Positions 37,446 to 47,159 of a stretch of 64,000 nucleotides of DNA are shown piece after piece (within the stretch, counting starts at the first letter, position 1; every line of letters starts with the position of its first letter). The DNA is from Ignavibacteriota bacterium (GTDB taxonomy: Bacteria; Bacteroidota; Ignavibacteria; UBA10030; UBA6906). The notes below the pieces were generated by a model that was not told the origin of the DNA, made no database searches, and saw only the letters and a program-made list of their open reading frames with translations. The DNA lies in NCBI GenBank assembly GCA_963748405.1, contig CAVVIT010000004.1, forward strand, positions 84,171-148,170, in the 5' to 3' direction. Both the position numbers and the translations under genes were made by a program.

Positions 37446-38702
37446 ATGACATCGTCGAATAGTGCCGCCCCCGCTGAAGGGGGGACGGAGGGGCGTCCCT
37501 CAGCGCTTCTCGTTCTCGTGGAGATTCTGACGCAATGGTGGAAGCTCATCGCGGGATCGGTCCTCGTGTGCGGCATCGCGGCGGGCGTCGCCGCCTTTCT
37601 TATCCACCCGCAGTTCAAATCGGTCACGGCAGTGTTTCCCTCTCAGCCGGCGGACCTCTTTGGCGCCTCCGAGGGGGTTTCGGGTCTCGTCAAGTCTCTT
37701 ACGCCCAAGGGGATCCCCGGGTTGAGCGCCAACACCGAACTCGACAGGTACCTCGCCATACTGAAGAGCGGACGTGTGGTGGGGGACGTGATCAAGAAGT
37801 TCGACCTTGTGAAGGTGTATGACATTACGTCGTATCCCGCGGAGATGACGGCGAAGAAGCTGATGGAGAACACGGAGTTTGTGGAGGAGCCGGAAGGTGA
37901 CCTTACGATCGCCGTGTATGACGAGGACCCGCAGCGGGCCGCCGACATGGCAAACTTCTTCGTCGAAGACCTGAACATCACCAATACGGAGCTGCAGAGC
38001 CAGAACGCCCGCGCCAACCGTGCCTTCATTGAAGAGAGGTACAACAAGAACATTCAGGATATCGACGCTGCCCAGGAATCTCTCCGCGTGTTCCAGAAGC
38101 GGTACGGTGTCATTGCGCTCCCCCAGCAAACCGAGGCCACGATCAAGGCGGGAGCGGAGATCGCGGCCCAGCTTGCGTTGAAGGAAGTGCAGCTCAACGT
38201 GGCGCGTCGGACGCTGGCGGACGATAATCCCGCCGTCCAGCAGCTGCGCATCGAGATGCAGGAGCTACGCCGGAAAATCTCCGAGATGAACACTGCGGAG
38301 GCCGCCCCGGGCGAGCTGAACATCTTCGTCCCGTTCGCCTCAATTCCCGACCTGGGCTCGACGTATCTCCGCCTGTACAGGGAAGGGGAGATGCAGTATA
38401 AGATCCTGCAGTTCATCGCCCCGCTGTACGAACAGGCCAGGGTCGAAGAGCGCCGCCAGACCCCTTCCGTCATCGTGCTCGACAGGGCGGGTCCCGCAGA
38501 ACGCAAGTCACGGCCGAAGCGATTGCCCATCATCATCGGTGGAATGCTCGTGGGACTCATCGGGTCGCTCGGGTTCATCGCGCTTGCCCGCCGCTGGAGG
38601 ATGGAGAAGGAGCGCGATTCCCCCCTGTATTTTGCGGTGGGACGGCTCGCCGCGGTCCTTCGGACCGATCTTCGCCGGCCCTTCGGGCGCTCATCGCGCT
38701 GA
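37446..38702 (+). CDS. polysaccharide co-polymerase / chain-length determinant protein (Wzz-like)
   Basis: N-terminal TM (LIAGSVLVCGIAAGVAAFLI), a long coiled-coil periplasmic region (ELQSQNARANRAFIEERY...LRIEMQELRRKISEM), and a C-terminal TM (LPIIIGGMLVGLIGSLGFIAL). This is the PCP-1/Wzz architecture. Confidence 0.7.
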   Translation: MTSSNSAAPAEGGTEGRPSALLVLVEILTQWWKLIAGSVLVCGIAAGVAAFLIHPQFKSVTAVFPSQPADLFGASEGVSGLVKSLTPKGIPGLSANTELDRYLAILKSGRVVGDVIKKFDLVKVYDITSYPAEMTAKKLMENTEFVEEPEGDLTIAVYDEDPQRAADMANFFVEDLNITNTELQSQNARANRAFIEERYNKNIQDIDAAQESLRVFQKRYGVIALPQQTEATIKAGAEIAAQLALKEVQLNVARRTLADDNPAVQQLRIEMQELRRKISEMNTAEAAPGELNIFVPFASIPDLGSTYLRLYREGEMQYKILQFIAPLYEQARVEERRQTPSVIVLDRAGPAERKSRPKRLPIIIGGMLVGLIGSLGFIALARRWRMEKERDSPLYFAVGRLAAVLRTDLRRPFGRSSR

Positions 38703-38706
38703 AGAC

Positions 38707-40155
38707 ATGGAACAAGCCACCGGTCGCTCGCCGCTCGGGTCCGTTTCCCTGGAACTGCCGGACTATTCCGTCCGCCTCGGCGCGCTTCTGTGCGTCACGG
38801 TTCTGATCGGGGCGTACATCGCGAGCGTGGCCCTGGATTCCGCCGGGCTCTATTTCATCATCCTCCTCGGACTGGTCGTGCTGGGAACGGCCCTGATCCG
38901 GTTCGAAAGCGCCCTTCTGTTCGTCCCGATAACCATCACCAATCCCTACGTCCTCAAAGAGACGGGGACCAACATGAGCCTCTCGGAATACGTTCTCCTC
39001 ATCCTCTACATCGTCTGGTTCATACGACTGATCCCGTCGCGGGAGCGATTGCACTACCCGAAGGCGTTCGCCCTCCCGGTCATTCTGATCATCGGCACCG
39101 GCGTGCTTTCGCTGGCAGCGGCGCATTACCCCGGCACAAGCGCCCTGCAGGATATCCGGTATATTGAAGTCCTCGGGGTCCTGTTTTTTGTCATCGTCAA
39201 TGAGTGCCGGACTGAGAAACAGATCAAGTCGATGGTCTTCTTTCTCATGATCGGGGGGCTCATTGCCTCGCTCATCGGCATCGGGCAGTTCATCTTCTTT
39301 GCGGGGACGATGGGGGAGGTCCACCGCGTGTCGGGATTGCTCGGCGGCGCGTTCGGCGGCGTTGCCGGGACCACGGTGTGCCTCGCCTTTGGCATGCTCC
39401 TGTTTGACCCGTCACGTGGAAAGAAAACCTTCGCCGTCGTCGTCCTCGGCATCGCCCTGACGGCCCTTATCATGAGCCAGACGAGAGCCTGGATCGGCGG
39501 GGCGGCCATCGGTCTTCTGACCGTGATGCTGCTGGGGCGGGCGAAGGCGGCCCGATCCCTGATCCTGCTCGCGTGTGCAGGTTCGTTCGTCATCTACATT
39601 TTCACCCAGACCGGTGTCTTCGGCGCGTCCGGGAGCGGCGCATTGAGAGGGGCCCTGTCGAAAGCGTTCCGCTATGAGTCTCCGGCAGGAGGAGTGTCGG
39701 TGGGCGACCTCGCGCTGTACGAACGTCTCATCGTCTGGCGCAAAGCCGTCAGTCTCACCGCGCAAAACCCGCTGTTCGGGATCGGCGCAGGGAACCTCCG
39801 GTTCGACGACTACCTCCGCGCGCACCTCACCGCGCCGGTGCAGTCCGCCGGTTACGTGGACAACCAGTACCTGAATTTCTTTGCCGAAGCCGGACTCCTG
39901 GCAGGCATCGCGTGGCTGGCGTACATGTTTGTCTCGGTCCGGGCAGGACTGAGAGGACTGAGGAATTCCGCGGGGACGGCGTTGCACGCCGACGCCTACG
40001 GGCTGTTTCCCTCGCTCCTGCTGTTCGTCGTCGGATCGGTCTTCTGGGTGGTGACCGCCCAGCATGATTACTTTGCCGTGGTGGTCGTGCAGATCGCGCT
40101 TCTGTACAACGTGAGCCGCGGTGTCCCGGCGGCCGATCCCGCCGGAGCGGGCTGA
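38707..40155 (+). CDS. O-antigen ligase / Wzy-like polymerase family membrane protein (second copy)
   Basis: IMSQTRAWIGGAAIG and VDNQYLNFFAEAGLLAGIAWL match Wzy_C family motifs, with ~10-12 TM helices. Start ATG 38707 lies 5 nt after the upstream stop. Confidence 0.7.
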   Translation: MEQATGRSPLGSVSLELPDYSVRLGALLCVTVLIGAYIASVALDSAGLYFIILLGLVVLGTALIRFESALLFVPITITNPYVLKETGTNMSLSEYVLLILYIVWFIRLIPSRERLHYPKAFALPVILIIGTGVLSLAAAHYPGTSALQDIRYIEVLGVLFFVIVNECRTEKQIKSMVFFLMIGGLIASLIGIGQFIFFAGTMGEVHRVSGLLGGAFGGVAGTTVCLAFGMLLFDPSRGKKTFAVVVLGIALTALIMSQTRAWIGGAAIGLLTVMLLGRAKAARSLILLACAGSFVIYIFTQTGVFGASGSGALRGALSKAFRYESPAGGVSVGDLALYERLIVWRKAVSLTAQNPLFGIGAGNLRFDDYLRAHLTAPVQSAGYVDNQYLNFFAEAGLLAGIAWLAYMFVSVRAGLRGLRNSAGTALHADAYGLFPSLLLFVVGSVFWVVTAQHDYFAVVVVQIALLYNVSRGVPAADPAGAG

Positions 40156-41690
40156 TGCACGAACCGGGCGGACAATCGCACACTGCGCGGATGCTCGCGA
40201 AGAACACGCTGAACAACCTCGCGACGCAGGTTGTTCTCGTCCTGATTTCCTTTGTGAGCTTTCCCATACTTGTCCGGGGGATTTCCGCGGAGGGATTCGG
40301 ACTGCTGTCGCTCGTCTGGGTGCTGATCGGCTATTTCAGCATTCTCGATCTGGGCGTGAGCAGGGCGATTACAAAGTTCGTCGCGGAGTTCCTTGCACGT
40401 GATGATCAGGCACGGATACGGGAGATTACGTGGACGTCCCTTTCACTCAGCGCCGTCTTCGGAAGCGCCGTAGGCCTCCTGATCGTCGTCACGCGCGGGT
40501 ATGTCGTGACAGAGTTGTTCCACGTCTCGGACGCGATGAGCGCGGAGGCTCGCACCTCGCTGGTCATCGCAGCGGTGGGGATACCCTTCATGCTGGCGCA
40601 GGGGATCCTCCGGGGCGTTCAGATCGCGTACCAGCGGTTCGATCTCGCGAACGGATTCCAGGCGGCGACGGGCGCAATCCAGTGGGTGGGCTCATCCCTT
40701 CTCGTTGCGTTCGCCGGAGGGGGAGTGCGGGAGGTCGTTCTGCTCACCGTCGTGTCGCGCGTTCTCGCCGTGGCCGCATCGCTCGCCGTGCTGCCCGGCA
40801 TGATGCCGGGTGCGTACAGGAACGTGCGCGTCTGGGATCGGTCGCATGCGCGGACTCTCCTTTCCTTCGGGGGATGGGTCTCCCTGACGCAGGTCCTCGC
40901 GCCCCTGTTCACGTATGTGGACCGGCTGATGATTGCGTCGTTCATGGCGCTCACGTCTGTCGCGTACTATACCGTGCCCCAGGAGTCGGTCAACAGGCTG
41001 ATCATCCTGCCGATGAGCCTGACCACCGCCCTGTACCCGGTCCTGAGCGGGTGGTCAACGGGGATGCCGGGCTCAGAAAAGGCGGGCGCGATGTACACGC
41101 GCGCTGTCAAATACGTCGCGGCCCTGATTCTCCCGGTGGCCGTGGTCCTGTTTGTTTTTTCACGTGAGATCCTCCGGCTGTGGATGGGCGAGGAATTCTC
41201 GGCGCACGGGAGTCTTCCGCTGCAGATTCTCCTCGTCGGCCTCTTTTTTAACGCGGTCTCGCAAATTCCCGTGACGGCACTGCACGCCAACGGGCGCCCT
41301 GACCTCCCGGCGAAGTTCAATCTGGTGGAGCTTCCATTCATGATCGGGCTGAATCTGCTGCTGATCCCCCTGCTCGGCATCGCCGGTGCGGCGATTACCT
41401 GGACGCTCAGGGTCATGCTCGACGCCGTGCTCCTTTTTCGTGCCGCGAGAACGTACAGCCGGGGTTCGGAGTATTTCAGCGGCACGGAAAAGGCTCCCCG
41501 CACGCTTGTCATGCTCGCAACCGGACTGTGTCTTCTCGTCGCCCTGATGTGTTCCGTCCGGAATGAGCCGCTCCGTCTCGCCGCCGCCGCCGTGTTTGTC
41601 GCGGGATACGTCTACGGCGTCTGGAGGCACGGGTTTGACGACACGGACAGGGGGTTCGTGTTTGCATTGAAGAGCAAGTTTCTCGGATGA
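40155..41690 (+). CDS. wzx: Wzx-type oligosaccharide flippase (MOP superfamily), second copy
   Basis: AKNTLNNLATQVVLVLISFVSFPILVRGISAEGFGLLSLVW is a typical PST-family N-terminus. 12-14 TM helices. TGATG overlap with the upstream stop. An alternative start is MLAKNT at ~40191. Confidence 0.75.
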   Translation: MHEPGGQSHTARMLAKNTLNNLATQVVLVLISFVSFPILVRGISAEGFGLLSLVWVLIGYFSILDLGVSRAITKFVAEFLARDDQARIREITWTSLSLSAVFGSAVGLLIVVTRGYVVTELFHVSDAMSAEARTSLVIAAVGIPFMLAQGILRGVQIAYQRFDLANGFQAATGAIQWVGSSLLVAFAGGGVREVVLLTVVSRVLAVAASLAVLPGMMPGAYRNVRVWDRSHARTLLSFGGWVSLTQVLAPLFTYVDRLMIASFMALTSVAYYTVPQESVNRLIILPMSLTTALYPVLSGWSTGMPGSEKAGAMYTRAVKYVAALILPVAVVLFVFSREILRLWMGEEFSAHGSLPLQILLVGLFFNAVSQIPVTALHANGRPDLPAKFNLVELPFMIGLNLLLIPLLGIAGAAITWTLRVMLDAVLLFRAARTYSRGSEYFSGTEKAPRTLVMLATGLCLLVALMCSVRNEPLRLAAAAVFVAGYVYGVWRHGFDDTDRGFVFALKSKFLG

Positions 41691-42640
41691 AACAGACCGA
41701 CCTCACCATCATCGTCGTAACGTACAGGCAGTGGGACCGGGTGCGGGTGTGCCTTCAATCGGTGTTCAGGGAATGCGCAGGTCTGGACGCCGACGTTATT
41801 GTCGTTGACAACGCGTCCGGAGACGGCACGGCCGGGAGGGTCCGGAATGAATTCCCTGCGGTGCGGATCATCGCCAACGAACGCAACAGGGGCTTTGCCG
41901 CTGCGAACAACCAGGGGATCGGGGAGGCACGGGGTCGCAACATCCTCCTGTTGAACCCGGACACGGAGGTGCACAGCGGAGCAATACGCGCCGTGCTGGC
42001 ATTTCTTGACGAACACCCTCTCGCCTGGGTTGCGGGCTGCAGGCTCAATTCCGCCGACGGTTCGCTCCAGGCTTCCGTCGGCGCGTTCCCGTCGATCCTG
42101 GAAGGAGTGCTCAGGGCGAGTTTTCTCTATCTCCTTCTGCCGGCGAACGCCGTGATCGGCAGCCGGAGCGTCCGGAAGTTCGACTATACACGGCCGGCTG
42201 CCGTGGATTGGGTCATGGGCGCGTTTCTGATGGTCCGCCGGGAGGCCATCGGGCGGATCGGAGCTCTTGACGAGCGGTTCTTCATGTACTCGGAGGAGGT
42301 CGATTTCTGCAGGCGTGTGTGGGAGGAGGGGCACGAGGTGTGGTACACCCCCGCAGGAACCGTCACCCATTTCTGGGGAGGGCAGAACGCCGTGAGCGCC
42401 AGGACCTATGTGTGGCTTCACGCAAGCCAGATCCTCTATTTGAAGAAGCACTACAGCGGGCCCGGCTTGGCCGTCATGGTGATGGTGAAGTATGCCGGAT
42501 TGGCGCTTCGCGTGGTCGTCTACGCGGCCGTCGGCTGCCTGAGAATGGACCGGAGGTTCATCGCGAAGTCGGCGTATGCCCTCAGAGCCATCCGGCGGCT
42601 TCTCCTGACGCCGGTTCCGGCGTTGTGGGAGGCCGATTGA
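41687..42640 (+). CDS. glycosyltransferase family 2
   Basis: LTIIVVTYRQWDRV...VIVVDNASGDGT...LLLNPDTEV, FMYSEEVDFCRRV are GT2 (rhamnosyltransferase-like) motifs. ATGA overlap with the upstream stop. Confidence 0.8.
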   Translation: MKQTDLTIIVVTYRQWDRVRVCLQSVFRECAGLDADVIVVDNASGDGTAGRVRNEFPAVRIIANERNRGFAAANNQGIGEARGRNILLLNPDTEVHSGAIRAVLAFLDEHPLAWVAGCRLNSADGSLQASVGAFPSILEGVLRASFLYLLLPANAVIGSRSVRKFDYTRPAAVDWVMGAFLMVRREAIGRIGALDERFFMYSEEVDFCRRVWEEGHEVWYTPAGTVTHFWGGQNAVSARTYVWLHASQILYLKKHYSGPGLAVMVMVKYAGLALRVVVYAAVGCLRMDRRFIAKSAYALRAIRRLLLTPVPALWEAD

Positions 42641-42678
42641 TGGGGCGGGAAATGTCGAATGCAAAGGAGATCTGACAG

Positions 42679-43860
42679 GTGGGCGGGGGATCTGCATACT
42701 GGTTTCTGAGAGTCGCCGAATTCGTCTTCTGGGGTTCGCTGGGAATAGTGGCGTATTCCTACCTGCTGTACCCGCTCATTGTCGCCGCGCTCGTGAGGGT
42801 GAGGGGGCCCCGGCCCGTATTCAGGGATGAGGCGTATTGCCCGGTCGTTTCAATGGTCATATCGATATACAACGAGGAGGCGGTGCTGCCCGAGAAACTC
42901 CGCAACCTGGAGGCGACAACGTATCCCGCGGAAAAGCTGAGGTTCGTCCTCGGATCGGACGGTTCTTCGGACGGCACGAACAGGATTCTCGCCGCGTGGA
43001 GCCATCCTTCGAAGCGGGTCATCGAATTCAAGACGCGGAGGGGGAAGGGGCCGGTGCTGAACGACCTGGTGCACGCAGCCGAGGGCGAAGTCGTCGTCTT
43101 CTCGGACGCAAACACGATGTACGATCCCCTGACCGTCGCCAGGCTCGTTCAGCCGCTGGCGGATCCCGCCGTGGGCGCAGTCTGCGGTGAGCTTGTGCTC
43201 GTCTCGGAAGGATCGGAAGCGGGGGGAACCGGAGAGGTCTCGTACTGGTCGTATGAGAACTGGCTCAAGCGGATGGAGAGCGAGGTTCATTCCATGCTGG
43301 GGGCCACCGGTCCCCTGTACGCGATCCGGAAATCGTTGTTTGTCCCGCTGCCGGTTCACAAGTCCGTCACCGATGATTTTCTGATTCCCATGAACATCAT
43401 CATGAAGGGGTACCGGTTCATCTATTCGCGGGACGCGACAGCCTACGAGAAGACCTCGGGATCGATGAAGGGGGAATTCCGCCGGAAAGCGCGGATCGGG
43501 GCACAGAATTTCGCCGGCATTGCTGATCTCAAGCCCCTTCTTCTTCCGGGAGCGGGTTTTACGGCGTTTGCGCTCTGGTCGCACAAGATCATACGGTGGT
43601 TTGTGCCGTTTCTGGCGATACTGGCATTCGTGGCGACCGCCGTCCTTGCTCCCGGCTCGCTCTTCTTCTCGATTGTTTTCGCACTGGAGATTGCGTTCCT
43701 TGTGATCGGGGGAGTGGGCTTCATCGCCGACAGATCGCACGTGCACCTGCGCAACGGCGGGCTTCCGTACTACGTCCTTGCGATGAACGCCGCTCTGCTC
43801 GTCGGATTCTTCCGCTGCGTCCTGAAGCGACAGCGAACGACCTGGGAGGTCTTCCGGTAA
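42679..43860 (+). CDS. membrane glycosyltransferase family 2 (synthase-type with flanking TM helices)
   Basis: N-terminal 2 TM, VVSMVISIYNEE...FVLGSDGSSDGT...VVFSDANT (DxD), EFRRKARIGAQNF, and 3-4 C-terminal TM helices. GTG start. Confidence 0.75.
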   Translation: MGGGSAYWFLRVAEFVFWGSLGIVAYSYLLYPLIVAALVRVRGPRPVFRDEAYCPVVSMVISIYNEEAVLPEKLRNLEATTYPAEKLRFVLGSDGSSDGTNRILAAWSHPSKRVIEFKTRRGKGPVLNDLVHAAEGEVVVFSDANTMYDPLTVARLVQPLADPAVGAVCGELVLVSEGSEAGGTGEVSYWSYENWLKRMESEVHSMLGATGPLYAIRKSLFVPLPVHKSVTDDFLIPMNIIMKGYRFIYSRDATAYEKTSGSMKGEFRRKARIGAQNFAGIADLKPLLLPGAGFTAFALWSHKIIRWFVPFLAILAFVATAVLAPGSLFFSIVFALEIAFLVIGGVGFIADRSHVHLRNGGLPYYVLAMNAALLVGFFRCVLKRQRTTWEVFR

Positions 43861-43861
43861 G

Positions 43862-45256
43862 ATGTCCAACCGCCGCGAAATCTTCGTCCTGCTGATTTCG
43901 GACCTGCTGATGATCTCGGCCGGGTGGACGCTCTATTTCATATTCCGCGTCCGGAGCGGGCTGTTCGAAGTGAGCGGCCAGCCCGATTTCTGGGCGCCGA
44001 TGTTCGCGGTAACGGCGTTCTGGCTTCTCCTTTTTTTCGTTGTCGGGCTGTACCGGCCCTGGTACGCGGCCTCCCGGTTTGACGAGCTGGCTCTTCTGTT
44101 CAAGACCGTGGTGATGGGATCGCTGATCGTGTTCTTCGCGGTGTTCCTTGACGACGCCGGGAGGCCCACCGGGACGAATTCCCGGCTCCTGATCGCGGTG
44201 TACTGGGCCGACGTGCTCCTCATGGTGTCACTGGGACGCATGGTCCTCCGCAGCATCCAGCGCCGGATGCTCATCGCGGGGATCGGAGTGCACAACACGC
44301 TCATCGTCGGGAGCAGCGCCCGGTCGCGCGAGCTCTGCAGTGAGGTGGAGAAGTATCCGGCGCTGGGATACAAGGTCGTGGGCTTCGTCGGGCTCGACCG
44401 CCGCAGGTCCGGGCAGAATTATCGAAAGATCCGGGTCATGGGGGGGATCGACGACCTCTCGGAAATCATCCGCCGGGAGGATGTCCTCGAGGTGCTTGTC
44501 GCGCTCGACTCCGCCGATCACGGGCGCCTTCTCGAGATTATGAGCAAATGCAACGGGCACAAGGTCAGCATCAAGATCATGCCCGACCTGTACGACATCA
44601 TCAGCGGCCAGGCCAGGACGAATCAGATCTATGGGTTCCCGCTGATCGAGATCACCCCTCAGCTGATGCCCGCCTGGGAGGAATCGACGAAACGGCTTCT
44701 CGACGTTGCGGTGTCGGTGGCGATCCTCGTGGTGGGACTTCCTGTGTGGATCCTCATCGCCGTGGTCATCAAGCTGGAATCCCCGGGTCCGGTGCTGTAC
44801 CGCCAGGAACGGGTGGGCAAGGACGGCGCCGTGTTCAACATCGTGAAATTCCGGTCGATGGAGAGGGACGCGGAAAAAAGCGGACCGAAGTGGGCGGGAA
44901 GACGGGACCCGCGCATTACGGGCTTCGGCAGGATCCTGCGCCAGCTCCATCTCGATGAGATTCCGCAGATGGTCAACGTCCTGAAAGGCGACATGAGCCT
45001 GATCGGGCCGAGGCCTGAACGACCGGTGTTCGTCGAACGGCTGTCGAAGGAGATCCCCCTGTACCAGAGGCGCCTGAAAGTCAGGCCGGGGATCACCGGG
45101 TGGGCGCAGGTGAAACAGCGGTACGACGATACGATCGAGGACGTGAAAAAGAAAGTGCAGTACGACCTGTTTTACATCGAGAACATGTCTCTCAGGATGG
45201 ACTTCAAGATTTTGCTCAATACAGCGTACCACGTGCTCCTCGGCCGCGGAAGGTAG
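43862..45256 (+). CDS. undecaprenyl-phosphate hexose-1-phosphate transferase (WbaP/EpsB-like polyprenyl glycosylphosphotransferase, priming enzyme)
   Basis: 4-5 N-terminal TM, a CoA-binding-like linker (NTLIVGSSARS...), and a complete Bac_transf domain: KRLLDVAVSVAIL...PGPVLYRQERVGKDGAVFNIVKFRSM...DPRITGFGRILRQLHLDEIPQMVNVLKGDMSLIGPRPE...PGITGWAQV. Confidence 0.9.
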   Translation: MSNRREIFVLLISDLLMISAGWTLYFIFRVRSGLFEVSGQPDFWAPMFAVTAFWLLLFFVVGLYRPWYAASRFDELALLFKTVVMGSLIVFFAVFLDDAGRPTGTNSRLLIAVYWADVLLMVSLGRMVLRSIQRRMLIAGIGVHNTLIVGSSARSRELCSEVEKYPALGYKVVGFVGLDRRRSGQNYRKIRVMGGIDDLSEIIRREDVLEVLVALDSADHGRLLEIMSKCNGHKVSIKIMPDLYDIISGQARTNQIYGFPLIEITPQLMPAWEESTKRLLDVAVSVAILVVGLPVWILIAVVIKLESPGPVLYRQERVGKDGAVFNIVKFRSMERDAEKSGPKWAGRRDPRITGFGRILRQLHLDEIPQMVNVLKGDMSLIGPRPERPVFVERLSKEIPLYQRRLKVRPGITGWAQVKQRYDDTIEDVKKKVQYDLFYIENMSLRMDFKILLNTAYHVLLGRGR

Positions 45257-45301
45257 CGCCGCGGAGCGCGTTCCCATATCACGATGCAGAAAGAAGAATC
45301 C

Positions 45302-46420
45302 ATGAAACTTCAGATGGTTGACGTGGTCGGGCAGTACAAACACATTAAGCCGGAAGTCGATGCCGCGGTGCTCGCGGTGCTTGATTCCGGGATGTTCATC
45401 CAGGGGAAAGAAGTCGGGGAACTCGAACGCGATGTGGCCGGTTACCTTGGAGTGAAGCATGCCGTCGGGTGCGCCTCGGGCACCGATGCCCTGCAGATTG
45501 CGATGATGGCTCTCGGTATCGGCCCCGGGGACGAGGTGATCACGACGCCGTTCACGTTCGTGGCGACGGCGGAAACGATCGCGATCCTCGGCGCGAAGCC
45601 CGTCTACGTGGACATCGACCCCCGGACCTTCAATATCGACCCGTCGCTTGTCGAGGCTGCCGTCACCCCGCGCACGAAGGCGATCATCCCGGTCCATCTC
45701 TACGGTCAGCCCGCGGACATGGACCCCCTCCTGGCGGTTGCCCGGACGCATGCGATTCCCGTGATCGAGGACGCCGCCCAGGCGATGGGTGCATCGTACG
45801 GAGGTCGAAAGGTCTGCTCGCTCGGCACTATCGGCTGCATCAGCTTCTTTCCCAGCAAGAACCTCGGGTGCTTCGGCGACGGCGGAATGGTGGTGACGGA
45901 CGACCCCGCCCTTGCGGAGTCGATGAAGGTGATTGCCGCCCATGGATCCAGGGTCCGTTATTATCACGAAGTCCTCGGGCTGAACAGCCGGCTGGATACG
46001 ATCCAGGCCGCCATCCTGAAGACGAAACTGCCGCACCTGGGGGCGTACAACGCCGCACGGCAGAAGGCGGCCGCACGTTACAACGAGCTGCTGGCGGGAC
46101 TTCCCGTGACGGTCCCGTTTGTGGCCCCCGGGGCGGAGCATATTTTCCACCAGTACACGCTGCGCGTGCCGAAGCGCGATGCCCTCGCTGCGTCACTCAG
46201 GGAGAAAGGCATTCCTCACGGAGTCTATTATCCGGTGCCGCTCCATCTTCAGAAAGCATTTGCCATGTCAGGCGGGAAGAAGGGAGACTTCCCGGTGACA
46301 GAGCGCGCGTGCGAAGAGGTTATCTCGCTCCCCATGCACACGGAGCTCACCGAGGAGCATCTCGGGTTCATCACGAGGGCGATACGTGAATTCTACGCCG
46401 ACAAGTCTTCCGCCCACTAA
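45302..46420 (+). CDS. DegT/DnrJ/EryC1/StrS family PLP-dependent nucleotide-sugar aminotransferase
   Basis: FIQGKEVGELERDVAGYLGVKHAVGCASGTDAL, ISFFPSKNLGCFGDGG (Schiff-base Lys context), GLNSRLDTIQAAIL are the family signatures. Confidence 0.85.
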   Translation: MKLQMVDVVGQYKHIKPEVDAAVLAVLDSGMFIQGKEVGELERDVAGYLGVKHAVGCASGTDALQIAMMALGIGPGDEVITTPFTFVATAETIAILGAKPVYVDIDPRTFNIDPSLVEAAVTPRTKAIIPVHLYGQPADMDPLLAVARTHAIPVIEDAAQAMGASYGGRKVCSLGTIGCISFFPSKNLGCFGDGGMVVTDDPALAESMKVIAAHGSRVRYYHEVLGLNSRLDTIQAAILKTKLPHLGAYNAARQKAAARYNELLAGLPVTVPFVAPGAEHIFHQYTLRVPKRDALAASLREKGIPHGVYYPVPLHLQKAFAMSGGKKGDFPVTERACEEVISLPMHTELTEEHLGFITRAIREFYADKSSAH

Positions 46421-46438
46421 CAGGAGCCGGATCGTACA

Positions 46439-47155
46439 GTGCCAAGGACCCTCGTCGTCATCCCGACATTCAATGAATCGGAGAATATTCCGCGGCTGAT
46501 CCCTCTGATCCTCCAGCAGGGTGAAGGGATCGAAGTGCTCGTCGTCGACGACAGCTCTCCCGACGGTACGGGGGACCTCGTCCGGAAGATCGGGGAGAAG
46601 GACCCCCGCGTGCACCTGATGGAGCGCGCCGCCAAAATGGGGCTCGGCACCGCGTATGTCGCCGGGTTCCGGTACGCGCTTGAGGGAAATTACGACTTCG
46701 TGTTCGAGATGGATGCGGACTTTTCCCACAACCCGAAGGAGATCCCCGCGTTTCTCCGGAAGACCGCCGAAGCGGACCTTGTTGTCGGATCCCGGTACAC
46801 GAACGGCGTGCGGGTGCTGAACTGGCCGATGCAGAGGCTTCTCCTGAGCTGGACGGCAAATATCTGGACAAGGTTCTGGACCGGCCTTCCGCTGAACGAT
46901 GCAACGGGCGGTTTCAAGTGCTACCGCATCGAGGTCCTCAGGGGCATCAACCTGGACAAGATCCGCTCGAACGGTTATGCGTTTCAGATCGAAATGAGCT
47001 ACATGGCCTGGCGCAAGGGTTTCCGTCTGCGGGAGATCCCGATCGTGTTCCTGGACCGGAACGCCGGGCAGTCGAAGATGTCGAAGCACATCGTCTACGA
47101 AGCGTTTTTCATGCTGTGGAAACTGAGGTTTCGTGGTATGCTGAACAGGCTCTGA
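46439..47155 (+). CDS. polyprenol-phosphate glycosyltransferase (GT2, DPM1/ArnC-like)
   Basis: LVVIPTFNESENIPRLI...EVLVVDDSSPDGTGDLVRKI...FVFEMDADFSHNP, GGFKCYRIEVL give the DPM1-like architecture. GTG start. Confidence 0.8.
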   Translation: MPRTLVVIPTFNESENIPRLIPLILQQGEGIEVLVVDDSSPDGTGDLVRKIGEKDPRVHLMERAAKMGLGTAYVAGFRYALEGNYDFVFEMDADFSHNPKEIPAFLRKTAEADLVVGSRYTNGVRVLNWPMQRLLLSWTANIWTRFWTGLPLNDATGGFKCYRIEVLRGINLDKIRSNGYAFQIEMSYMAWRKGFRLREIPIVFLDRNAGQSKMSKHIVYEAFFMLWKLRFRGMLNRL

Positions 47156-47159
47156 CGGC

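Noticed and set aside
44228-46150. 640-aa minus-strand ORF
   Set aside because: Antisense to the PHPT and DegT aminotransferase genes, both of which have unambiguous family motifs on the plus strand.
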